Origin: Octopus sinensis
Taxonomy: Eukaryota
Length of the DNA: 64,000 bases
Assembly: GCF_006345805.1 (NCBI RefSeq)
Contig: NC_043013.1
Span: forward strand, 8,184,001 to 8,248,000
Direction of reading: 5' to 3'
Shown here piece after piece: positions 24,593 through 37,325 of this stretch; within the stretch, counting starts at the first letter, position 1, and every line of letters begins with the position of its first letter. The notes beneath the pieces were generated by a model. That model did not search any database. It had not been told where the DNA came from and saw only the letters and a list, made by a program, of their open reading frames with translations. Position numbers and translations under genes: made by a program.

Positions 24593-25382
24593 ACTAGTGT
24601 GTGTAGCTGTGTGTGCGTTTGTGTTTGGTAGCATGAATATGTATTCACACTCACTCACACACACACAACTTTAAACAGAGATATACAGACAATGTATTCA
24701 ATGCACATTTATTGATTTCCTCGCATACCTATTTACTCTCCAAAATCCTTATGGATCCTACCTTCTAGGCATCCACTTTTGACATAGCTGGCTTTATGAG
24801 CAGAAATGATCAAACTGTACAAACAGTGATACGCAAACTTGTGAACATCTGATGTCACACATATGCGCATACACGTATACTCATGGTCTTATGTTTGCTG
24901 GTACACACAAGGCAAAATTTATATTTGTGCATATACGTGCTTGAACTTCTGGCTTTCATTGTTGTGTGTCTTTACCTGACTTATCGTTGCTTGATATCCC
25001 CTCTTTTGTTGTAGAGCACCTGAGCACTATATACATTAAGCTTCTTTTGTCTTCTTCTTTTTCTCCTCCTCCTCCTCCTCATCATCATCATAATAATAAT
25101 CATCATCATTTCATTTTTGTTATTGTTGTTGTTGCTGCTGCTAGATTTGCTGTTGTTGCTGTTGTTAAAACAACAAACCTGGCAGAATCATTAGTGAACC
25201 AGGCAAAATGCTTAGTGGCATTTCATTGATCTCTATATTCTGAGTTCAAATTCCACCGAGGTCGACTTTGCCTTTCATCCTTTCGGTGGGGCAATGAAAT
25301 AAGTATAAGTTGCATTCCGGGTCAATATAATTGTCTAGCCCCTTACTACCAAATATCAGACCCTGTGACTGTATAAGAAAGG

Positions 25383-25427
<45 letters not shown>

Positions 25428-25428
<1 letters not shown>

Positions 25429-25969
25429 TGTATTTTTATTTTTATATCGTGCTTTCACTTCACTACCGAGCGCAGCTCTGTGTGCCTTGGGTATGTGCTG
25501 TGATTTGTTGTGATGCTCTGATGGTTATTGTATGGAAAGTGTTCTACATAGGATGTGTGCAGTGCCTAGTAGTGCAATTTTCTGTATGTTATATGTGTTT
25601 GTAAGTCCTGGTGTTTTTGTTATGTATTTGTCTGAATATTTTTTTATCATGCCTAATGCACCTACTATTATAGGAATTGTTTCTGTTTTTAGATTCCACA
25701 TTCTGGTTACCTCAATTTCCAGGTCTTTGTATTTTGAAAGTTTCTCCATTTCTTTTAGAGACACATTGTCATCTGCTGGTATTGATACATCAATTAGAAA
25801 GCATTTTTTTTCTTCATGACAACTATATCTGGTCTGTTGGCCTTAATTTCTCTATCTGTGTGTATCGGCATATCCCAGAGTATGGTTGCTTTCTCGTTTT
25901 CTGTGACCTTTTCTGGTGTGTGCCTATACCATCTTTTTTCTGTTGTTATTCCTTAATGTTGGCATAGCT
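25428..25969 (-). mobile_element. R4/Dong-like non-LTR retrotransposon 3' end with restriction-like endonuclease
   Basis: WYRHTPEKVTENEKATILWDMPIHTDREIKANRPDIVV/KKCFLIDVSIPADDNVSLKEMEKLSKYKDLEIEVTRMW...ALLGTAHILCRTLSIQ*; PD..D..K-type RLE motif; flanked on both sides by (TAA)n. Confidence 0.9.
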
Positions 25970-26389
25970 TATTATCATTATTATTATTATTATTATTATT
26001 ATTAGTACGTATTATCATTATTATTTTTAATATTATTATTATTATCACTATTCAAATACATACATTCACACACATGCGTACATACATACATACATACATA
26101 ATACATACATACATACATACATACATACATACATACATACATACATACACACATGCATGCATATAGATATATATATATATATATACACACACACATATAC
26201 ACATGTTAGTGTGCTGAAATTCAGCGTGCCCAAGGTGCCAGCGATTTCTATGGCTATCCATGAATAGGTACTGGGTGTGGGGCAATGTAATAGACTATGT
26301 CTCAGAAGGCAGTATGCCCCAGGATGATCACAGTTCAATTACTGAAACCGATAACCGGCTAGAATCCCATCAAAGAATTACTCGGGTGT

Positions 26390-26700
26390 TCAGAAGGGCA
26401 TCCAGCTGTAAAAACCTTGCCAAAAACTGACCTTGTCTGTGCTAGTGCCATGTAAAAAGCACTACTCACCTCGCCTGTGCTTGTGCCATGTAAAAAGTTC
26501 TAAGTCCACTCTGCTGAGTGGTTGGTGGTAGGAAGAGCATCCAGTTGTAATAAATCCTTCCAAAACAGTCACAGAAGTTTGGTGCTGGCTTCGGCCGGGC
26601 CAGCTCTTGCGGTACCATCCCACTCATGCTAGCATGGAAGATGGACATTGAACAATAAATATGATGATGATGCTGATGATGATGATGATGATGATGATAA
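26390..26700 (+). mobile_element. Family C (RTE 3' end) copies
   Basis: gaagggcatccagctgta, ccactcatgctagcatggaag and a (GAT)n tail. Confidence 0.75.
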
Positions 26701-26702
26701 CA

Positions 26703-27070
26703 GAGTCATTTATTCTAAGATATTCTATACAGCACTTTAATTTTTATACCTCTTCCCTAGCTCTTAACACCGAATCAATATGGAACAATATTATGATAAG
26801 TGCTGTAGAGCAAGAGGAAATAACGCCCATTAAATGAAGTCCATAACCCAGTTTTTAATTCTTTTTTGAAGATAGTTGATTCCACTTTTGCTGCTAATCT
26901 CTACAGATTTACCAATTTTTCTCTCTACATTTATTTTCTTGAACCTGAGTCAAAAATCAATATATAAGAGATTGGGAGAAACTGTTGAATTCTCGAGAAA
27001 AATTCCTTGTGGTATTTGATTGCATTTCTTTGCTTTCTGAATCAAAAATCCTACTGGAAGTGATTTTGGC
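26703..27070 (+). pseudogene. Possible TIR-domain relic (C-terminal half)
   Basis: SLALNTESIWNN...IYFLEPESKINI*...LCFLNQKSYWK*FW resembles S.WC...I.LE.I...LL..KTYLEWP..FW; contains stops. Confidence 0.3.
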
Positions 27071-27261
27071 TTCTCGTTTTCCATCCAGAGATAAAATGAA
27101 TGAATGCCACTTAAGTCCTGGGGTTGATTAAATTAACTACATCCTCTTGTGCAAACAGTTAGAAAGCATCCACCCCTCCGACAAACACCACCACCACCCC
27201 TGACCCACACCACTACCACCCCAACCAACACCACCACCCCGACCACCACCACCACCACATC

Positions 27262-27405
27262 ATCATCATCATTGTTCAACCGTGGTCGAGACAATGGAAT
27301 TTACCATGCTACGCCAAACTTCACGGTCCATCATGGCATTACGGAGGTCCTGTTGCTGGATGCCTGTATCCCTGGAGATTACATCAGGGTAGGAGTGTGT
27401 GCGCC
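27262..27405 (-). mobile_element. RTE-X-like LINE 3' end
   Basis: GRTHSYPDVISRDTGIQQQDLRNAMMDREVWRSMVNSIVSTTVEQ*, nearly identical to 9445-9590. Confidence 0.85.
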
Positions 27406-27435
27406 CACCACCACAACCACCACCACCACCAACAA

Positions 27436-27600
27436 CAGCTGTTGAAGAATTTGGATCTGGAGATCTCCATTTCCAGCGACTTCGAGGGCCCCCTCCCAGT
27501 GGTGTCGGGTGTCAACGAAGAGCCCTCGACTACAACAAAACGACCAAAGTTTTTTTTTTTTCCAAGGCCTGGGGGGTCTCCCGCCCCTAAGCCCTAGACC
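27436..27600 (+). mobile_element. GC-rich fragment, possibly of a non-LTR reverse transcriptase
   Basis: LKNLDLEISISSDFEGPLPVVSGV loosely resembles the segment preceding the QG motif of non-LTR RTs. Confidence 0.25.
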
Positions 27601-28141
27601 ATCACGTAATCCCCATTACCCATCTTGTTGCTTAACAACAACAACAACAACAACAGCCAATAACAACAACACAATTCCACCCGGGCCAACTTTGCCTTTC
27701 ATCCATCCGTGGTTAGTAAAATAAAGGCGACTAGTTATATACTGGGATTGATTTAATCAACCGTTCTCCTCATTCAAATTTCAGGTCTTGTGTCTATGAC
27801 TGGAACAATTTTTAAATTGTGAGATCATTATAGGAGAAAGGTGACAGGAGAAAATGCCTTGTGGTATTTGTCTCAACTCATGACATTTTGAGTTCAAATC
27901 CTGCAAAGGCTAATCATGTCTTTTATTCTTTCAGGGTCATTAAAATAAAGCACTAGTCAAGTACTGGGGTTGATAGCGCTGACTGTTCCTGGTATCATAA
28001 ATTTCTACCCTTGGGCCTAAACTAGAAATCAGCCTCATCCTCCTCATCATCATATTATCATCATCATCATCATTGTCATTATTATCATCATATCTTCAGT
28101 GGGTTTATGTAAGTTCCTGCTGCTCCACTCAGTGCATCTCT

Positions 28142-28523
28142 TAATGGAAGCACTCCGTCGGTTACGACGACAAGGGTTCCGGTTGATCCGATCAACGGAA
28201 CAGCCTGCTCGTGAAATTAACGTGTAAGTGGCTGAGCACTCCACAGACACGTGTACCCTTAACGTAGTTCTCGGGGATATTCAGCATGACACAGAGAGTG
28301 ACAAGGCCAGCCCTTTAAAATACAGGTACAACAGAAACAGGAAGTAAGAGTGAGAGAAGGTTTTGGTGAAAGAGTACAGCAGGGATCACCACCATCCCCT
28401 GCTGGAGCCTCGTGGAGCTTTAGGTGTTTTTGCTCAATAAACACTCACAACGCCTGGTCTGGGAATCGAAACCGCGATCCTACGACCGCGAGTCCGCTGC
28501 CCTAACCACTGGGCCATTGTGCC
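28142..28523 (-). mobile_element. Family E head with an alternative 3' body, bounded by a TSD
   Basis: Intact A/B-box head at 28455-28523; 18-bp direct repeat tccact(c/g)agtgcatctct at 28124-28141 and 28524-28541; same body at 62440-62745. Confidence 0.85.
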
Positions 28524-28869
28524 TCCACTGAGTGCATCTCTATTGTCCTGAGGTATGATGAAATTTGGCTTTATGTAGAATTGTGTTTATAGACTCCATC
28601 AGTTTCCTTTGTTTCTGGTGTTCATTTATTATTGGCAATGTGATTCGTGCATTGAGTTATTTCGTTTGGTGGTGATTTCATTACTGTATGTATTAAGTGA
28701 AGCATTAGTTTCAAATTTTGGCACTAGACCAGCAATTTAGAGGGAGGAGGTAAGTCGATTACATTGACCCCCCACCCCATCCCCAGTGCTCAACTGGTCC
28801 TTATTTTATTGACCATGAAAGGATGAAGGGCAAAGTTGACATCAAAAGAAAAATAAAATGGAAATTGTA

Positions 28870-29205
28870 GTTGTGTTACTCGTACCGGTGGCACGTAAAA
28901 AGCACCATCCAAACGTGGTCGATGCCAGCGCTACCTTGACTGGCTTCCGTGCCGGTGGCACATAAGTAGCACCAAGTAATCGTGGCCGTTGCCAGCCTCC
29001 TCTGGCCCCTGTGCTGATGGCATGTAAAAAGCACCCACTACACTCATGGAGTGGCTGGCGTTAGGAAGGGCATCCAGCTGTAGAAACACTGCCAGATCAG
29101 ACTGGAGCCTGGTGCAGCCTCCTGGCTTCCTAGACCCCGGTCGAACCGTCCAACCCATGCTAGCATGGAAAACGGATGTTAAACAATGATGATGATGATG
29201 ATGAA
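28870..29205 (+). mobile_element. Family C (RTE 3' UTR) copy
   Basis: Tandem sub-repeats, ggcgttaggaagggcatccagctgtagaaac, palindrome and (GAT)n. Confidence 0.85.
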
Positions 29206-29499
29206 CATAAAGACAGATGAAATGCTGCCAAGCATTTTGCCCAGCATGCTAACAATTCTGCCTTTTTGCTTCCTTATATTACATAAAATATTGGCTAGTA
29301 ATTCTATATATGGTATTTGTTGTGTGAAGGTGTGCTAAGTTGTTGAATTGCAAGTACTTAGTAGGGCCAGTTTTTTTAGCTTGCATATAATGTTGTGAAC
29401 CATGTATTACCATATTTCATGGTATTTAAGATACACTTTCTTTTGCAAAAAATGTTCCAAAAATTCAGCCCAGGTCATATATGCCAAGTTGAATTAAAT

Positions 29500-29900
29500 A
29501 TTCTTTTCTACTCTAGACACAAGGCCTGAAATCTTTGGGGAGAGGGCCCGTCAATTAGATCAACCCCAGTACACAACTGGTACTTAATATATTGACCCCT
29601 GAAAGGATGAAAGGCAACGTCGACCGCAACAGAATTTAAATTCAGAACATAAAGACAGACAAAATACCTATTTCTTTACTACCCACGAGGGGCTAAACAC
29701 AGAGGGGACAAACAAGGACAGACAAACGGATTAAGTTGATTATATAGACCTCAGTGTGTAACTGGTACTTAATTTATTGACCCTGAAAGGATGAAAGGCA
29801 AAGTTGACCTCGGCGGAATTTGAATTCAGGATGTAATGGCAGACGAAATATGGTTACGCATTTCGCCCGGCGTGCTAACGATTCTGCCAGCTCACCGCCT
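29500..29900 (-). mobile_element. Dimeric family B SINE
   Basis: Colinear with 4930-5335. Confidence 0.85.
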
Positions 29901-30743
29901 TAATTTGAATTAAATATTACATGCTTTAATGTAAAACCTTCGTCTCCCAAATACACACTGATGAAATTGGGGTGCATCTAATATACCTGTGTGTATTTTA
30001 TGCTATCAAATACAGTACTTTATTTTCTTATCATTAAGCTTGTTTCTCTTTATCATATCGAGCTCTCCGATTATTACTGGTACTGTTTTGAAGTGTCATC
30101 ACTTCCTTCTTATTTCAGTTTCAGACAATTAATTCAATTTTGTATTTGGTTTGCAAGATTCTTGATGTGAACTCTTGTTTTGAAACAGATTTTTTTTGCA
30201 TTTTGAGAGGGTCATTATGCCAGCAATAAACACATGTACTGGTTCTATTTCACTTCTTTTATTATTATTAGTCAATTTGTTCACATTTAAACCAAGTAGC
30301 TAGCTGATTATTTTACTAATTGTTCAGTCAGCTACTCAATCAACTAGCTGGGTATGGATCAAAATGCCTATAAAAGTGCTGATGTTTGTGTTCCTGTCTT
30401 TGAGAATTATATTTAGGTGACATGGAATCATCTCTTTGAACAGTTTGGATAGACATATTTCAGGGTATTGTACCCAAGTTATGTACTGTATTTGGTACAT
30501 ATTTATATCAGTTCTTAATTATCTTCATGTCAAATTCTCATACTTATTTCACTGATCACTATTTATCAGTAGGTTTAGTTTATTTATTGGCCAAAACCCA
30601 TTCTACACCTCTATCAGGTGGACGACAGTATATATAATTTAAAGAGGCCTGTTTTGCTATACCCCATGGCATACAGAGTATGCCTAAGCATTATGTTAAG
30701 AGTAAATGTGTCTGGGGAGTTCTCAGCCAGTTACACTATAAAA

Positions 30744-31063
30744 GAGGAGTTCTCAACCATTTTTTTAATTACTATTTTATTCCCGGGGGGGGGGGGGGTA
30801 GAAGGATAGCCATTCTATGTTTACAGATTAGTTTTATTGTAGATTCTTTCAAAATGTCTATTCACCCATTCACTTGTATAGGTCGAACTATGTAAAATAT
30901 TTGCGAAAAAAAAACCTACCTGTTTCCTGCAATACATGCAACTAAAGCAAAATTTTTTTTCAGGGGCCCTTAAAATTCTGTTGTGGATTCCCAACTTACT
31001 AGTTTGTTGCATGTACCCCACTTCGGCCCCCCCTCTTATATGGACTCCAGCTCAAAACCACTG
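30744..31063. mobile_element. hAT (Charlie-like) MITE
   Basis: Ends gaggagttctcaacc and ctcaaaaccactg; 8-bp flanking repeat ctataaaa/ctataaca (7/8 match). Confidence 0.65.
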
Positions 31064-31434
31064 CTATAACACAGAGTAGGTAGTCAAATTGATCAAACAA
31101 CTGAAATACTCATAGTTACAACTGATGGAAGATCCATATGTTTAATCATTCTCGTACAGCCTTGATCATATAATCCTTATAATTTGTCAAGTAATTACTC
31201 TGTCTTTGACATGATGTGAGATTGAGTCTAAGTAGTTCTCTCAAGATAAATAGACTATAAAACCTTAGGATCCATGTATAGTCTTCCTTGTTCATTGACA
31301 TCACAAGGTCTTCAGATCTGTTGTTCCTTCTTCTCTCAGTCCACCCCTTTTCTGTCTAGAGCCACTGGAAGAAAAGTAATTATTTATTTTCCATTTGACA
31401 GGAACCTATTTAGATTTGTATTTCTCTATTTCAG

Positions 31435-31960
31435 ATTAATTTCATTGAGAGAATATCCACTTATAATGATGATTGCTATCAAAGAATTTCTCTCCATATT
31501 ATGTTTCCTCATTTTCACTTTCATAAAAAGCCAGACAGAATATTTGGTGGGTGTATGTTCAAATCATAGATGTTTTATACTTGGAATTGGTTAAAGTTAT
31601 TGGAAAGAGCTCTAAAGAAAATGTTCAAATGAATAAAGTAATAGCTCTACAATCAATATTTTTTTGGTCTGTGATCTTTACCTTTGATCTGTGACCTTCG
31701 TCCTTCAGTCTTTGATCATCTTCAGATGTTATAAATATATTTGTTTATAAGCCATCACTTTTGTTACAAATTAAAAGATGTTTTTTAAAATCCTCATCTA
31801 CAGACTTTAATATTTATTATGAAATATTTGTTTACCAGTAAATTTCTTTTTCCGTTTGTCATTAATTTGACTTGATGTGACCAAATGGAAGAATATAGTG
31901 TAGTCTGAATGTGGGCTATCAAAAATATTTTCCTTCCAACTTGAAAGAAAAATAAATTCA
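31435..31960 (+). pseudogene. Possible LRR plus TIR relic
   Basis: ICDLRPSVFDHLQML*IYL (LRR-like), LIYRL*YLL (juxtamembrane-like), and WAIKNIFLP/LERK across a frameshift (TIR alpha-A-like). Confidence 0.3.
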
Positions 31961-32174
31961 TGAACTTAAAATTTTCTAATTATTTCTTGAATTAATGAAT
32001 AATTAATAACTTTCTATCTATAGAAAAATAAAGTGCAACTGTTTATATTAAAGTTAAAATATTTGGTTTAGAGATATTTCATGAAGTGACAATTCATCTA
32101 GCACGCTAATCTGAATATGGTAATGTTCGATATGTGTCAAAGAATGGTGAATGATGAAATGGATTCTAAAGAAA

Positions 32175-32745
32175 TATTGGGTTGTCCGGAAAGCTTGTGC
32201 CGATTTTTAAAGGAAAGAAAAAGGTCAATAAACACTTGCCATTACATTTTTAATCAACCAAATATGAACAATTTTGTTGCACAATGTGTCTCCATCTTTC
32301 CTTTAACTTGAAAATACCCCCTTCCCAGAATTGAGGTGGTTTCATGGCAAAGAATTCATGAAGGTATCTTTCTACGTCATCCAAGGAATTGAAATTTTTA
32401 CAATTAAGACTATATCTGCAGAGACCCGAATAAGTGGAAATTCAAAGGAGCAATATCTAGTGAATATGGAGGGTGGAGTAACACATCCTGGCCGAACTGC
32501 AGCAATTTTTGTCTGGTTCCCAAAGCATCAAGTGCCAAAAAGGAACTTTCTTATCTTCCATTTTAAAGGGTTACAGAATTAACACAGGTTATAGGAACAT
32601 AAATCTTCTTCCACAAAAAGATAGCTTAAACTGTGCTCTAAATGGAGGTGTAGTCAAATCCTATTTTATGGACTCAACCATGTTCTAAAATAAGTTGCAA
32701 GGCAAGCTACTATAAATCGGCACAAACTTTCCGGACAACCCAATA
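32175..32745 (-). mobile_element. Internally deleted mariner (copy 1)
   Basis: Perfect-type TIRs ttgggttgtccggaaag.ttgtgccgattt with TA TSD; transposase N-terminus MEDKKV..WHLMLW fused to the C-terminal HPPYS region. Confidence 0.92.
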
Positions 32746-32882
32746 GAAGTCACAGAATAACAGATACTTGGTGTAATGTTTGAATATACATCAGTTGATC
32801 TACATATTTTGAGATTAACCAAAAAGGCATTCAAATATTTCATGAGAGGTTTCACTGGAACTATAATTACTGATAGAAAACA

Positions 32883-33300
32883 GTGCTTTGTTTACCAGAT
32901 TCTTGGCATGCGAGATATAATAAAAAAATAACAACAACTTTAAAACGAATATACTTCTGTATTGTAATGCATATATTTTATGACTTTCGCTGTGTCAGAA
33001 TTTGCAATTTTTATGACTTAGGATATCTTAGTGTTTGTAAATCTAATGCTCTTGTAATCTGTAAGAATGTTTCCAATCTTAAGATCTTGGACCTGTCAGA
33101 AGTTGAAAAAATGTATGGATGTCGTATCTGTCAGAATTTGAAATCTTTATGATTCTTGTAAACTTTAATGTTAGATTCCTTATGTAGTTCTCATGTGAAA
33201 TATACTGTTCATGTCTTATAGCTTTCCAAAGCAACAAAGCTTTTAGCCAGATTACTTATGTCATTCAGACATTCTGTGCTGATACAATCATAATGTTTTA
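32883..33300 (+). pseudogene. LRR-like relic
   Basis: ICKNVSNLKILDLSEVEKMYGCRICQNLKSL*FL*TLMLDSL; two adjacent LRR-type motifs in one frame. Confidence 0.4.
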
Positions 33301-33534
33301 TTCTATTACATAAGCACATCATTGCTGTGTCCTTTATGGCTTTCCTCTTTAATTCATTATTTATTTATTTACTCATTTATTTTATATTACTTTTTTCTGA
33401 ACAATAGCATTGCTTGATATTGGTTTCCAATGAACCAATCACTGGCTCATTGTAGTTCTGATGGCAACAGTGACAAGAAAGTATCACTGGTTTTCAGCTT
33501 CCTGCCAATTTACATTACCAAAATATATATACAC

Positions 33535-33870
33535 ATTGGAAGGCACAAGGCTCAATGGTTCAGAGCATTGAGCTTACAATCGTGAAGTAGTGAATTCGAT
33601 TCCCAGACTGAGCTGTGTGTTGTTGTGTTCTTAAGCAAGACACTTTATTTCACTTTATTTCAGCTGTAGAAATGAATTGCGATGTTACTGGTGCCAAACT
33701 GTGTCAACTTTTGTCTTTCCTTTGGATGACATTGGTGGCATGGAGAGAGGAGGCTGGTATGCATGGGCGATTGCTGGTCTTCCATAAACAACCTTGCCCA
33801 GACTTGTACTTTTTTTGGGGGGGACTTTCTTGGTGCAAACCCGTGATCATTCGTGACTGAAGGAGGTCTC
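33535..33870 (+). mobile_element. CORE-like tRNA SINE (family F)
   Basis: tRNA head, gtgttcttaagcaagacactttatttc...cagctgtagaaatg core, and the same tail as 59638-59972. Confidence 0.8.
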
Positions 33871-34129
33871 CGAATGTAGTTGTCATCATCCCTGTAATGT
33901 TCACTTTCTCATGCTTGCATGTATTATTGAGGCTATTTTCCTATGGCCAGATGCCCTTCCTTTTATGAAACCTTAACTGTTTCCATACAAAGTAATATTT
34001 CCACATGGCCAGGCATGTTTCTGCAGGAGTTTGGAAATGAATGAAACTGCTTGTATGACAGTGATACTCATTTACAACTATCATGCATTTTCTAGACAAG
34101 GAGACACAACCATGTACACACACACATGG

Positions 34130-34445
34130 CAGGTTTCTTTCAATTTCTGTTGACCAAATCTGCTCACAAGGTTTTGGTTGGTCCTGGAGCTATAAGCACA
34201 AAATATGACACTTATATATTCTTGTTTTAGTCATTTGACTGCAGCCATGCTGGAGCACCGCCTTTAGTTGATATATATATATGTATATATATGTATATGC
34301 TAGGTTTCTTTCAGTTTCCTTCTACCTGTTTCTCTCAGCATGGACGTATAGTAGAAGACACTAACCTAAAGGGACTCACAGTTGGACTGACCTTGACACC
34401 CTGTGGTTCAGAAGCAAACTTCTTAACCACACAGCCAATCATGTG
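34130..34445 (-). mobile_element. Fragmented SINE A pieces
   Basis: Central-domain, tail and head fragments interleaved. Confidence 0.65.
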
Positions 34446-34463
34446 GCCACACACATACACACA

Positions 34464-34495
<32 letters not shown>

Positions 34496-34973
34496 ACACA
34501 CACACTCACAGACTCATACACTCACACACATTGTAATTATACAGAATTAATATATTTAGTCTCAAGGCAGCCAATTCACGTTACCAAATGGTTTCATGTT
34601 AAAAGACCTTCCTGGTGCTAAACATAAATTAACTTTCACAGATATGGCTGAATGGAGTTTCAAGCTATTCTTTGTAAATCAGATGTGATGTTTTCAGATA
34701 TCCATTAAAGAAAAAAAAAAAACAGAGCTTAAGCTATAATTTCCACTTCAGTCATGTCTAATTCATCTCTCTTTACAAGGAAGATGTTTTAACATGAAAC
34801 CTTTCGGTATTGGGAATCAGCTGTTATGAGGCTAAACTTATAATACTTGATAAAAATTCCCACTTTATTACTTAATATATGAATGCCTGTTTTTGTAACA
34901 TGAAAGCTTACTGGATGACTGTATGTATATGTATGTCTCCCTTAACCACTTTCTCTCTCTCTCCCCCTCTCTC

Positions 34974-35009
<36 letters not shown>

Positions 35010-35227
35010 CAAGCAAAGTGCACACTGAGGATAGAGGGCTTTGAATGACACATCCTTCTGTTTTTTTGTATCGTCTATCTGGATGTTTTGTTGTCCCTTT
35101 TTGTATCACCTAGCTGTCTGGATGTTTTGCATTCTTGTCCCATTTTGCATCTTATATATATTTATATATATATATACACACTCATTTATACATATACAAA
35201 AATGCATGCATACACACATATGTATGC

Positions 35228-35258
<31 letters not shown>

Positions 35259-35694
35259 TAAATAATTATGTATATTTATATATGTATATGTGTGTATGTA
35301 ATATATATATATATGTATGTATGTATGTATATGTCTGTGTGGAGGAGTGTTTGTGTGCATATATACATTCACAGAGATACAGGTATATAGTTACTCTCAT
35401 ATAGCTGTCATATTGCTAATTAAGTATATGCTGCAATTATGTTTACTTGGTTTGTATTGTATATGTGCATGTGTTTGTGTGTATGTTTGTGTACTTATTT
35501 ACCTATAAGTATATATATATGCATTTATATAATGTCTGTGTGTGTGTGTGTGTGTACACTCACATTTAGGTAAATATATACACAAACACAAATGTATGTA
35601 TGTATGAATGCATATGCATGTATTATGTATGTGTATATGTGTGTGTGTGTATGTATATATATATATATATATATATAGATAGATATAGATATAG

Positions 35695-35752
<58 letters not shown>

Positions 35753-35872
35753 TTATATATAGGTATAGATATATATATATATATAAATATATATATAATA
35801 TATATAATATATATATATAGAAATATACATATATATATATATAAATATATATAGGTATAGATATATATATAG

Positions 35873-35912
<40 letters not shown>

Positions 35913-36560
35913 TATATATAATGTGTGTATATATATATATTATATACCTTGTTATTATGTCCACATTCATAACTGAGTGTTCTCTCCTTTTCCCTTTTTT
36001 CTCTGAGTATATGTTTTATTTATATGTTTGCATATATAAATCTTAACACCTCTGCATCTATCTGTCTACATACATTGATGTTGTGTACACCAATCATTAG
36101 ATATATGAGTTTATCAACGGCAAATTTATAATGCTCTCAACTTACGATGTATTGAATTTTTATTTATTTATTTATTTATCTATTTATTTTTTTGCTTATA
36201 TATATATTTTTGTTAATTATTATAATGTAAGGAAGTGATAGCTCTACCCACTGATGTATCACTATAATTGATCAACCCATGTAATTACTATATATAGACG
36301 AGATACATTTTAATAGGATTGCCTGGCTGTTCAGGGTTACATTAGCTGTTAACCTTGGTATTTTCTTAACACTCTGAATAACACCACCCAACTACCCAAT
36401 ATCTATATCTATATATATATATATGTATGTATGTATGTACATGTATATGTGTGTGTGTGCATGTATGTGTAATATATATATATATATATGTATGTACATG
36501 TATGTGTATGTACATGTATGTGTATGTACATGTATACGTGTGTGTGTGCATGTATGTGTA

Positions 36561-36603
<43 letters not shown>

Positions 36604-36726
36604 GTATGTACATGTATATGTGTGTGTGTGCATATGCATATACTTTTGTATGTATGTATATAAATATATATATATATATACATACACACATATACTTTTG
36701 TATGTATGCATATATATATATATATA

Positions 36727-36971
36727 TTCTTTTATTCTTTATTCTTTTATTTGTTTCAGTCATTTGACTGTAGCCATGCTTGAGCACTGCCTTTAGTTGA
36801 AGAAATCGACCCCAGGACTTACTCTTTGTAAGCCTAGTACTTATCTTATCAGTCTCTTGTCGAACTGCTAAGTTAAAGGGATGTAAACATACCAACCTTG
36901 GTTGTCAAGCCATGGTGCAGAGACAAGCTTAGATAAACATACACACACATACACAGACATGTATACACCCA

Positions 36972-37010
<39 letters not shown>

Positions 37011-37039
37011 GACAAGGTTTTTTCTGTTTCCATCTACCG

Positions 37040-37071
<32 letters not shown>

Positions 37072-37105
37072 TGTATGTATGTATGTATGTATGTATATAT
37101 ATATA

Positions 37106-37145
<40 letters not shown>

Positions 37146-37325
37146 GGTAGATGGAAACAGAAAAAACCTTGTCGTATATATATATAATATATATATATAC
37201 ATATACACACATACATACGATGGGCTTCTTTCAGTTTCCGTCTACCAAATCCACTCACAAGCCTTTGGTTGGCCAGAGGCGAAAGTAGAAGACACTTGCC
37301 CAAGGTGCCACGCAGTGGGACTGAA
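36727..37325 (-). mobile_element. SINE A containing an internal perfect inverted duplication
   Basis: Tail 36727-36960, (TA)n with inverted arms at 37009-37040 and 37143-37175, then central domain and head. Confidence 0.85.

Noticed and set aside
25525-25764. Stand-alone nuclease gene
   Set aside because: It is the truncated, frameshifted 3' end of an R4/Dong-like retrotransposon.
28455-28523. tRNA gene
   Set aside because: Has A and B boxes but no convincing acceptor or anticodon stems, and continues into a SINE body bounded by a TSD; the same applies to the heads at 352, 21590 and 59638.
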